A stretch of DNA of 64,000 nt. It comes from Giardia intestinalis (lineage: Eukaryota). Each line of letters opens with the position of its first letter. Position 1 is the stretch's first letter. Location: assembly GCA_000002435.2 (NCBI GenBank), contig CM018792.1; one strand, 5' to 3'. Of this stretch, positions 11,701 to 23,700 are shown piece after piece. The notes below the pieces were generated by a model. That model saw nothing but the letters and a program-made list of their open reading frames with translations. It searched no databases and was not told where the DNA came from. A program made the position numbers and the translations under genes.

Positions 11701-14700
11701 AGGCTCATCAATAAATAATGTAGGAGACAGTGGTTTTTGGATGGAAAATTGATAGCAGCTAGGAATGCCATATGAATAAGCTATTGTACTGAGCACGAGA
11801 TCGTCGCGCAGCTTTGCCAATCTTGCCTGATGATCAGTCGCATTATCTTTGAAGTTGTCAGAGCACAACTTCTTGTATTGGTCTTTTATGTCCCCCTTTT
11901 TCAGCTCGTATAGTATTGCCCCGTCAAGTGAAATGTTGTCCAAAATCTGAGTCTGCGAGGCACACGACAAAGTTGAGAGTATTCCCTGCCCTATCTTGTA
12001 GCTCAGGTATGAAAATGTAATGCGCTGGCATCCAGGGTCCTTGTTCTCGAGAGATGGCACGACATAAGCAAACACCTCTGAAAGGCCGGGGCTTGATGAG
12101 CTTACAAACTTACCTATAAGGTTCTGGAGCGATCCATGGATAGAGGACGCTGCAGAGGCAAAGGCCAATGCACAATCAGATGCCGTAACGTTGAGGGTAG
12201 TCCATATGGAATCTCGTAGACAGAAACGTTTGGTAGCAACTACTTTGCTGATGTACTCACTAAGAAGTATATGCTTATCCCGCTGTTCATATGTCATAGT
12301 AGCCATTGGTGTATTGATACCCTTCTCCCACAAATCCAACAGGACGGTTATGTGCAAAGCTGAAAGGAGATAGCCTGATAGAGTGTAATGTCCAGCGGCA
12401 GAGGGACTGGCATTGCGATCTGGCGCATTAAGTTCAAACCCAAAGAGTGTGAGAAGCCGGCAAATAGATGCACGAAACGTTTGACTAATCTCAGAAAGAG
12501 GTCCTGGCGAACTAATATCAGACATTCTGCTAATCAAGTACGTCAAGGAGTATGCGTTCCATGCTGCAAAGAAGATGAACATGAGAAGATGTACAAGACC
12601 CAAGGTCGCATTAGGGGAGACATGGAAAAGAGACTGGATTGTCTCCTCACAGAACTTAAGGGTACTTATGTTTGATGCATCAGATATCCAGTGAGTGCCA
12701 TTAATGAACTGAGAAAATAAATCCGATTTAGGTGGGATCGACTTTTTGTCCAACCCCTGAAACTCGGGAAAGTACGCATACTTCGAAGGATTGGGGCTAC
12801 TAGGGGCTTTTTGAAAGGCTGTGAGTTCTCCTGAAAGATAAGCATCATAACTGTCCGGGGAAAAGTAGAGGGGGAAAGTATCTAAGTCATTAGAAGACCT
12901 CTTCTCATTGGTAGGGTTTGCAGAGAACTCTCTGCCAGGAACACAATCGCTGCGCTGCACAAGCTTAAATTGAATAAGGTTATACCAGATCAGACTAGCC
13001 ATGACCTTGGTCGGAGCGACAGAAAGGAGCTTATGCTCACCTCCAAAGACAAGGGTAAACTCCTTCCTCACCACTTCAACTATGCCCTGAAGACAGAACG
13101 GAAAAATGATCCGGATGAACAGGCTATAAACTCTTTGGATCACGTAATCGGTTATTCGCGTAAATGAATACACAGAACGCTCTGCAATCCACGCGCTTGT
13201 AATATGAGAGACGCTTGGGAGCGGAACAATAAACGATGGATCACTGTCGGAGAGCAACAGAGACACCTCCCGTTGCAGATTCATCCCACATGCCGACGGA
13301 TTCAGCAGAAGAGATGGATAGAAGGAAGTAGCGCTGTGGCTTGCATCCTGTGATAAGCATAGACTACTAGGTGGTATCTCCCTATCCATATTCCTGTGAG
13401 GTAATATCGGAGACAGTAAAAATTCCATCTCGTGGGGAATAGAACGAGGTACGATTGGTAGAATGAACTGCCTCTTATATACGTAAGTGATCGCCGGCAA
13501 GTGTTGCTGATAAAACGAATTGGACACTACTATAAGTACTGGGGTAATGTCAGAGAGATCGAACATTGCAGCTGAGATGGAGTGAAGATCGGACAGAGCT
13601 CGTACTTGGTAAACAATGAGGCTCTGCACACACAAGTCTGCATGTCGACCCAGTAACCGCTGGACTTCAGCATGGTCTGTTGTGCGGATAGCTGTCAACC
13701 CCTTCATATCACAGACCAGCTGAGCAACTTCACATGCAAATTCATACGAGCAGGACACCATCAGAATAGGGGAAATACTAATCTCAAGCATTTGCGAAAT
13801 TGTAACAGCAGTATAGATAAGCGTGAAGGACTGATTGTACTTGATCATGAGGAAGGAGAGACGGTTCTTATAGCATTGAGTAAAGAAAGGATAGAAATAC
13901 TGAACAGTATATCTATAGAACAGTGAATCGCTAATACCATTGATTTGTAGTGACAAGTATGCCTCTATGGCGTTGGTAAGGATGTCAGAATCTGCCTTAG
14001 GCAACATGAAGCTAGTCACTAAAGCAGTTCTGACCGACCAGAGTGTGTTCCGAAGAGCACTCGCATCCTTATTGTCTAACGGCACACGGGTCAGTAGGTA
14101 GTGCAATGCCGAGAGCGCTACAGATGTAGGAGAGTCTGAAGCAGATCTAGAGAGTATCATCAACTCGTCTACCTCACCGATAATGAAAGAGCTAATCTGT
14201 GCAAGACGCACTGAAGCAATCGAAAGAGCTGACAAACGACCAACCGGAGCAATCCACTTGACATCGAGAACGCTGGATAGGACCGTCATAGAACTATGAC
14301 TAATAATGTCGTATGCACTATAGAATGAAAAGTAAATCAGCTCTGGGGCATATATGTTGTCTAGAATAGATTTTGCATGCTTATCCACACACAACGGATG
14401 CCCGAACTGATCAATAAGTGGGGCAGGCGTCTCACTTGTCGGACATTGTGAAGAGGCTATCTTGGCACCTGCGCTACCTAAGTCCGCAGGTAGTAAGCAG
14501 TGCATAAATATCACAATCTTACCCATTCCATGGGGCTGAGGCAGCACGTCAGAGACACAAGCATCACGAATAGTGACGTAGGTGCCCAGGAAGCTGCCCT
14601 GGTCGTCAATAGTCATAGATGACCACTTGTTTCCAAATTCAAGACTTTCTATGGTTGCCCGAGCCTTCGCAGAGATGGGCGAGACCACAGCTAGGCCAGG

Positions 14701-17700
14701 GATTAGACCGGTAGGGCACTGCAGCTCTTTTAATATATGCGTCATCAGAATCTGCTGTTCCGTTTCAAGTAATTCAAAGCCGACAATCCCTACAAGAAGA
14801 CCAGCTGCAAGGCGGATCATCAGATGGACGATGTCTTTCTCGAAGGTGGTAGGAGTCATAAAAAGCAGAGTGGACTGGCACAACATAAGTCGTGAAAGTC
14901 GGCGCAAGATGAAGCGTGGAAAAGAACAGCAGTCTAGCTGAGGAATCTTGTCAAGTAGCAAAAAGACTATGTTTGTGCGTCTAAAGCTCTCCAAAACACG
15001 AAGCATGCTTATTTGAAGCTGGGGAGGAAGCACGCAATAGAGATCCTCTGCTTGAGGAGCTCCAATCCAGTGTGCCGACGTTTCGAAGGAGGTCATATCA
15101 TTAGACAGCGTAATATCGATGGACTGAGTGTTGGAGTCGTTTGTTGTGAATTGTAGAAATATCATAGGATAAATGGTGCAGCGCAAGTAGTCATCCATGT
15201 GTGCCCCAGCAAACTCAAACGTCTTGTTAGCAGACAAATAAGCAGCATGCGTGTGAGCAAGAGTCTTATCATCCGAGATTGCTTTCAGCAAGTGCGCAGT
15301 AGCTGCCTTGTGTCTGGCCTGCTCTCTTCTCAGTTCTACCCAAAGATCGTGCTCTAGCATAAGAAGCAGCATGTACCGCTCAATGATCCAAATATTCAAT
15401 GCATCTCCATACGAGGCGTTATACTTCACTCGCGGGGAATCCTTACATGCCTTGTTGCTCATCAGGACAAGGGGATCATGACACTGACTTTTAGCGTCTG
15501 CTCGTACCTTAAAAGTGAACAAAATAATATGCAGAAATAAGTAGGTACGCTGAAGAATAGGCCTCTGGTTCTTGAACTTCTCCACAAAATCCTCTGGGGC
15601 CATGCATCTTAGTTGATCCTCTAAAAGTATTTTCAAGGTTGTAGAGATAGCAACGCACAGCGCATCGTATACTGCTGAGTTAACTATGACAACAACGGAG
15701 TTGATAATAGTGTGGAGCTCAAATGCTAAGTCGCTTTTGCAGGACGGGACTGACGCCAGACATGCAAGCGATAAGAGATCGAGAGTTTGTTGCAATGGGA
15801 GACGGTCCATAGCAGCCACAATCTTCAGAAGCCCCGTCAGTACCTGGGAGGTACAGCGTAGCAGGGCAGACGATATTGGCTTAAAAAGGATATCTGGGAG
15901 AGAATACAACTGCGTAGGGCACCTCACTGGCTGCACTAGACTCAAAGTCTCACTGTGAGACACCAACTCGGTAATCTGCTGTTTGCCATTAGGAAAGAAC
16001 GGTGCGGTTAAGCTAGTAATACCCGGAAACGCATGGCTTCGAACCCACCGAGTGCAGATTGACAAATCCTTAATATTAGGTATAAATACATGAGACCCGG
16101 GTGCCCACAGAGGAAAAAGGAGACTCATGAAGTGGTGCGAGCCATTTAGGTAAGGCACTAGATGCTTAAGCTGCATTGTGTCATGCCCGCCTAAAGAAAT
16201 CGTTGGGGAGAACTTTGGTTGGTACTCAGTGAGTAGTAACGTACCTCGTTGCGCAACACTTTTGGGTGCCTTTGGTGGCTGCTGATTGCTACTCAGCAGC
16301 TTACTGAAGAGAAAAAGGTGTGGAGCAGTGATAAGACGATGAACAATAGTATCTAGATCTTTTAGCACTGATCCCACAAGTTTATAGACCGGTGCACTTG
16401 TTGCACAACAAACCAGTGGTGTACCTGTGCTGAGCTTTGAATTGATAAGCGACGAGTACTGCCCATATATGTTGAAAAGCGTCGTAGCCTCTTGCATGGT
16501 GAGAACATTTACCGAGTATAGCAGTGTTGGATGGTCTGCCATTGACCTAACACCTCGGTTGATTACGCTTGCTTCAATAAATGACGCGTACCCGTACATA
16601 GTCAGTGCGTACCTAAAGAGGCGAGGAACGTAACAGAGACTGTGGTAAAGAATGGTTGTAGCGCGCAGAGCAGCACGCAGGTCTTGGATGCGCCGATGAA
16701 CCGCGTCTGAATATGTCGTGCAGAGTAGAAGGCTAGAATATGGAAGTAGGGGAAGCGGCAGACAGTCTAAGCTCTGTACCACTGAAAGGATTGCACCCTT
16801 CAGTGTTCCGACTTCTGCTACCGGAATCTTATCATGATGGTGTCGAGGCCCAGCCGCCACAGAAGTTAGAATAGATTCGGACTTTGAAAGCTGGAGAGAG
16901 GAAGCTTCAGGGACAAAACGGACTAGGGGAATTGGACACCTGGACAGATCGCTAGAATATGAATTTTGTGAGCGCGGATTGGTGTATCCCGGGGGCGAGT
17001 CGAGCTGTATATGATCGATAGCAGATATGAGAACGCCTCCCAGCAGCTTTTCTGCCTCTTCCAACTCTGCAATCGCATGACTATCTGCCTGGGCCTTGAT
17101 GTAGAGGTAAGCAAGAAACTCCGAGGCACATGCAGTGCTGTGAATAGCCACAAGGATATCATCAACAGGTGGGGAGTCTGGTATGTGAAGATACGACTGT
17201 ATCTCTTTCTTGTGGAAAGTAGTAAAGAAAGGTGCACCCAAAAGATCCAGGCAAACTATGTCGTTGGCTATGTGCTGGAGAGAGGATTGGACGAGTAGAA
17301 GATAGCGCCTCCAGCCAGATGGAATAACTTTTGCTAGCATTGAGCCAGTTCTCGCTAGTATGGAAAACCCGCCACCAGAAAACCCGTAGCATTCATGACG
17401 TGGTTCCCAACTTCTAAGAAGTGTGCTCCCTTGTGCAAAGGAGTTCATATACAGCTCAGTAATATGTTGCATATTATCCACCAGAGGCTGAGTCCACAGG
17501 GAGAGTACTTGGACCGCATTTAGAGTTGAGTCTAGTACTGAGTAAAGCCTGGGAATAAATGGTAAAAGCATAGAAAGGTCCCAAGACCCTGCTTCTTGAA
17601 GAAACGTGTTCAGCTGTATGGGGTAGACAGTCGCGGTATAGAAAACCTGGATGCAGAGGTGTAGCTGTTGCAATGATGGTGCAGAACTTAAAAAGCCCCT

Positions 17701-20700
17701 TGTCTGAAGCAGCTCATCAGTTGAAACTAGTGCACCACGCCATCTCTCCAATAGCGTTTCAAGGGAAAGTAATTCAACACTGACGTAATATAATACCGAT
17801 AGAAAGTGTGCTACTGAAAGCTGATTGGATAATGAATCGTGTTGTGGTTGATGGAGAGATTGGGCCGACTTGAGTCGGAACGGAATTATGCTGTCGTTCA
17901 TAACGAAGGTCTTCAACATAGCATCTTCATGACAAATACTTTGAAGCAATATGGGCGTATCCAGATCAGGAGAAGGAAGATTCAGAAGCGAAGTTGCGCC
18001 GAATATGCTATTGAAAAATGCCAGATCGGCATCAGAATCCGCTGGGAGACCGTCTATTGTCTTAGATCGATATATAGGTGGCACAGTGAACATCTTCATT
18101 ACAGTGAAATGATCTTCATATGAAGATAGAGAGACCTTCTCACAGCCCTCAGCATCGGGAATAGTCAAGGAAGAAACGGTGATAATCTGATCAAGAAGCA
18201 TCCTGGAGGCAGTCTCCAGCCAATCTTCAGTGATAGCTGTGAGCTCCAGAAACCGTGCTCGTCGCTGCTTGAAGATTGCAACTGCCATAGCTTGCTTCTC
18301 CTTGAGAGACAGGATACGTTGTAACAGTGAGAATGCCGAGTCTTCCAGCTCATCCACAGTGAAGACTGATCGAGTGTCAAGGAAGCGTGCGCACAAGCTC
18401 TCGTATTGCACGATGGAAGCATCATATATAAACGAGTACAGCTCATGTAGCTTAATCCCAGCAAGCTGATCTAGCAAGTTCTGCTGTGCAAGAATACTGT
18501 CAGGGCTGTCTATAGGCCTTTGCAAATCTCTTTCGAGACTCTCCAGCTCACAAGATAGTGTCTTTGTGATCAGAATAAGAGAGGCATACTGTATGTATAA
18601 ATAAAGATAGCGATAGTAGGTTAGGAGGGATGCCATGCTTTTCTTAAGCTCGTGAAGTGAGATGGCAAAAATGGTCTGATAGACATTGGCAGGGAGAACG
18701 TGGAATCCATTGCCATATAGCGAAATTCCATCCAGCGTTTTGTCGATTACTGAAAAGTCTAGCTGCGGGATTAGTTTATGAAACTGTGGGTGCAGAAGGC
18801 TATATTTGGTTAAATTACTGGACACATCAGGGTCCTGAATACTAAGAAAACTTCTTGCTGATAGAAACGGGCAATCTGGAGGATTCGGATCAACCTGTCC
18901 CTGTCCCTGTACGTGTGCACGCAGTATGTGAGAACTGCCAAACTCTGAATATAGCGATGTTTCGGGATCATAAAGAGAGATGTTTCCGACGTCTTTTCCG
19001 TAGGTTGAAATGTAAGCATACACGTTCTTCATAGAACTAGTTGTAAGCGCACTCTGAATTGCGCTATAGCAACTCCCAATCATAAGCTCATCCATCACCA
19101 TGTCGATGACAAGGCGGGCAGTGGATGCAATGCTCTCAAACCTGTCATTGACCATGCGGTGGTCCAGGATGTTATGGTCAGTAATGTGCAGAAAGCTGCA
19201 ATAACCGAAGTTCTCAAACGCTGTGCCAGTCATAAGTGAAAACTGCGAAGAATCCAAGTACAGTTCTTGGAGGCTGGTTCCTGCCAAAAAGGTGTCCTTA
19301 AAGGTAAGGGGTTTTGGCAAGGCCAATGCTTCTTGTGTGGAAAGCAGCGTAGAAAGTGACGATGACTCAGTTAACGTGTTCCAGAGACGCAGAAACTCAA
19401 CAGCTTCTCCTTCTAAGTTGCTGGAGGGAAAGATCCCCATGTTACAAAAATGCTTGAGAGCGTCGAGCTGCCTGTCCGTAACAGTCAATTTTCCTGCGCT
19501 CCGTGTTGATTTGCGTGTGGAAGAAAATCTGGAGGAGCAGGAGCCCTTAGCCGAAGCCACCTCATCTTGAAAAGTATCTGAGTAGAAATCTATTAGCGAA
19601 AGAGACAATGCGCTTGTGTTCTTGTTTGGTGAAGCCGGGTTCTCTAACTGGAGCTTTATATTGAGGGTAGTTGGAAAGAAGTAGTCGAAATAGAGGGAGA
19701 CCATGATTGGTAGAGTGAAGAAAATGGTTGAAAGGTCTAGTGCAAGATTCCATAAAGGTACCAAAGAGCGCTCAACCTGCGGCACGTAGCTAATCAGCAG
19801 CGAAGAAACCAGATCGGATGTCAAGGCAGGATCCATAACGTCTGCCAAAGAGTGTGGCTGAGAGTAAACTACTATGAGCTGGTGATCAGAAGCATCACAG
19901 TTTGAAGAAAAATAGTACCCATTAAGGCGATTCTCTTCAAGAAGGCTCTCCAGATCGTCTGTTAGTGCCGTTACTTCTTCAGATTGTTTAGACTCAACAA
20001 GAGATTGAGTGGAATGCTGCACTAATTTAAGGTCTTCTTCTGAGAGAATCTTGCTAGCATCATTCATTTTCCAAATAACTTGCTGCAGTTCATAGTCTAG
20101 TGGAATTTTGACGCTCTTCAGACGCTCGGCGTAGTCTGCGTCTAGCACAGCGAGAGATGCATACAGCTGTGCATTATCGGCCTTTGCAGTCAAGTAGAGA
20201 TCATCAATGGTGAGAGATTTGTTCCTAGTAAGCTGATCGCTGTCTCGCTCGATAGCTAGCCTCATTGTCTTCTGCTTCTGCTTGTGGATATCCTCTCGCT
20301 GGCTCCTTATTCTGCAAACAGAGTCTTCCAACTGCTGTATGGAGTGAAAGTAGTAGCCATATAATGTCCTTGCTTTCGGAGAAACAATGTCCACACTACA
20401 ACGACGCAGGTGACGCGTAAACGTTATAGTCAGATTTAGCGTAACCCGATAGAGAACTCCTGGAAAGTCGAGGCTTGATGGGGAAAACCCAAGGTGGTAC
20501 AAGCGGCGCAAAATCACCCGTGCAGCAGATGGAAAGGCGAGATTGTCGTGCATGTCAGTATTACTAGTAGCTATGCAGACACCTCCCCGGGGGGCTGTAA
20601 CACACAGATCCTCTTCTGAGTCCGCAAACTCAGACTCGCTATTGTGACTAGAATCACTATTACTGCCAGACAAGCCAGAAATTCCCAAAACGTCCTTTTC

Positions 20701-23700
20701 ACCATGGTCTATTTTTGCGGCTAAAGTCCTCCGTCCACGCTTGAGGCGTTTAATTGCTCTGCGCTCCAGTAGATGTCGCTGATCAGAGACGTCGGTGTTG
20801 GCAATAATAGTACTGGTGAAGAGGCTTGTGAAATCCAAGAGAAGTGGATACATTGCAGCCGAAAGGTGTCTTGCAGCAATCAGGAAGGTATCTGGAAGAG
20901 TTCGAAATGGACAGGATAGCACGATACGTAGTTGTTGCTGCAAACCTACGCGTGATGGGTTGTAACTTAGTCTAGCATAATCCTTTTTTACAATTAGTCC
21001 AAACACGTCCTCCATGCGGGGGGCTTGACACTCTAACGGGAAGCCCGACTCAGCCAACTTCTGTAAATGGGGAATTGCCATATATTGATGCTTTATGCAG
21101 GCTTCAACATAATCGTCATAGGAATCCGTAGGTCTCGGGGTAGGAAGTAAGATCTGTCGAATCAGTTCGTTAGTCACGGTTAAATTACGGCCCGCCTGAC
21201 GTGTATTAGCGCGAGATACAGCTCTTGAAGCGGTCTCTCCTCTATGGCGAATAGCCGAACTATAGTCTTCTTCAGAGTAATAGTGCTTCTGAAATTCTAA
21301 ATTAATCAAGTAGCTTATTGTACGATAGTAACATTTCCCAGCGATAATTGTAAGCTGAAAGGGTACTATGCTTCGCCAATAAAGAAAGAAGAGGGACTTA
21401 ATGCATAAAAGCTGATCTGTGTGCTCGTGAAGGAGGATTTTAACGATGAGATTTGCCGCCAGTACAAGCTTATCTAGTACCTTAGTGTAATTATAGCTAC
21501 GTAAGTGAAGAGCGCTCTTGAGGTATGTGCTTGCCAGTTCTGACAATAAGCCCCGGTCCTCTGGGCAAACGTTTCCAAGTCGTGTCTGGAACGCATCACC
21601 TTCTGTGTTACAGTCACAAACACATTGCAGGTGTAAGCCAGAAAGGTCGGAAACATCTGTTCTTAGCTGCAGGAGAAGCTTTTGTAGCATTGACGCAATC
21701 GCGGAAAACTCGCTGTTGAAGAAATAGTTGGTCAGTTGGCCTGTTCTGGAACAAATGTCCTGCAGAGCAGGTAAAGCAGTGGACCGATAAGTACAGCCCC
21801 AGGTTACACAGTTTCTTAGGGCAGTAACGGCCTTAAAACGGGCTATCAGGCTTGATTGTCGATCCAAGACAGACATGAGAATGGGTTGATAGCGATCCTT
21901 TAAGGCACTGGAGAAGTGGTCGAGACTGTCCGATGCATTCAGCTCATCTCTAATACAAGTCAAAGAGTATCTCGAATAGTAAGAATGCAGCGAGACAGGA
22001 GCATATCGCAGTAGGCCAAGAACATTCAACTGAGTAGATATCTGTAGGCGCCGATCCTCTGGCATCGTGAGCCAGTTATCCCCTACAGACAAGAGAGTAG
22101 AAAGACTTATTTTCTGAACCCCTGCAAGGTGCTTGTTGTGGACCGCAGTAAGATGGAGTTTATATTCATGCAAATAATCCACTTGCAATTGCCTCAAGCG
22201 CTCGGGGAAGATGCCCATGGCTTGCGCCACAGAGTTAATGCGCCTCAACGTTCTGAAGAAAACGGGGTGTTGCAAATATCCAGTGTCCAAGGTGATATCG
22301 TACGAAGAATCAGCCTTGGAAATTTCCCAGTTGCAAATTGTATAGAAATTCTCCTGGGGCTCAGGGATAATGGTCTTAACAAAATCATTAGCGAGGGCAT
22401 TGGAGAGCTCGGATTCAACAACGTCCTTTGCTGAGAAAAGCTCGTCGATGGAGCATTCGGAATCAGTTACAATTGGGATGCTTGATAGCCTTTGAGGAAG
22501 AGAACTGGCTCTACACTGCCTTCTAGACTTCAAACTAGAGTGAAACATGTTCCTGGCACGCTTCTCGATCGTTGTGCGTTGAAGAGTGAAGTCATCCATT
22601 ATGCTTCCAAGCGTCTTGTCCTGGCCACAGCTGAGGGATAGATCATGTAAAGCCGTCACACTCCCTGATAGTGCAGATGTCTGAGGAGTCATATTAGACA
22701 AGGCTTGCCTAGCGTTCATTAAGTGCCGATCGTGATATGGAGAGGTGTTCCTGTTAATTCCATGAAGATTGACACTAGAGGAGTGGAGCAGGGCTTCTCT
22801 GAACTGAGGGGAAGCACGAGAAGAGGAATCTAAAAGGGGGTTCCGTATGACCTCCATACTTTGTCTAGTAAACGGATTGGTGACCGTAAAAAGTGCCTCA
22901 TTGATGCTGGAAGGCATCAGAAAAGGGTTAGCGCCATAATCAACAGGGTATTCTTCTTCTAATAGACGCATGCTTGGAAGTAGGGTCAGACGAGACACGG
23001 GAACACTATATGTTTCCCTATGAAGAACTAAGTCAGACTTTTGCAATCTGGCTTTGTAGAATGCCAATTCATCAGGTAGATCCAACAAGCTCGTCTCTGG
23101 AATTGTCGTTGCACTATTTGATTTGGCAACAAGATGTACATCCACACTCGCTCTATTGAGCCGCAGATCTAGTGACTCCAATGTTCCCACAAGAAACTTT
23201 ACACTCATCTGCGAAGTGATGCTCTCGCGCATTTCTGAGCAGTGTGCATGCATTGTCGACCTCGCTGGTGCTGCTGGCACATACAAGGACAGCGAATTGA
23301 CTGTCGGGGTGTCCAGGTTATGAATTAGAACGAGCTGAGCATCACATCCGTTATTATCATAAGCAGAAGGCAGAGATGGAAGGCAAACCTGCAGACCTAC
23401 ATCAATTTCCTTCAGCTCTTGGCAACGAGCAAACGCAGTGCGACGCCCATCAGGGCTAGCGGATAAAGCTGCAAAGTTACTAGATAGGATCCCCGAGGAT
23501 CCTGACTCTCTGTTAGACAGGTTGTTGGACCCTAACAAAAGTGGCCGTGGTCGAGTCGACGCATGGTGTGTTGATAAATGGGCCCTGAGCGGAGCGGATG
23601 GACTCTTAAGTGAAGATGTAGAAAAGTCTTTGGTTAACCGTATCGGAGCCATTGATGGGCCTCCGTGAAAAGTAAGATGCTTTAAAAATCGGACTTTTTT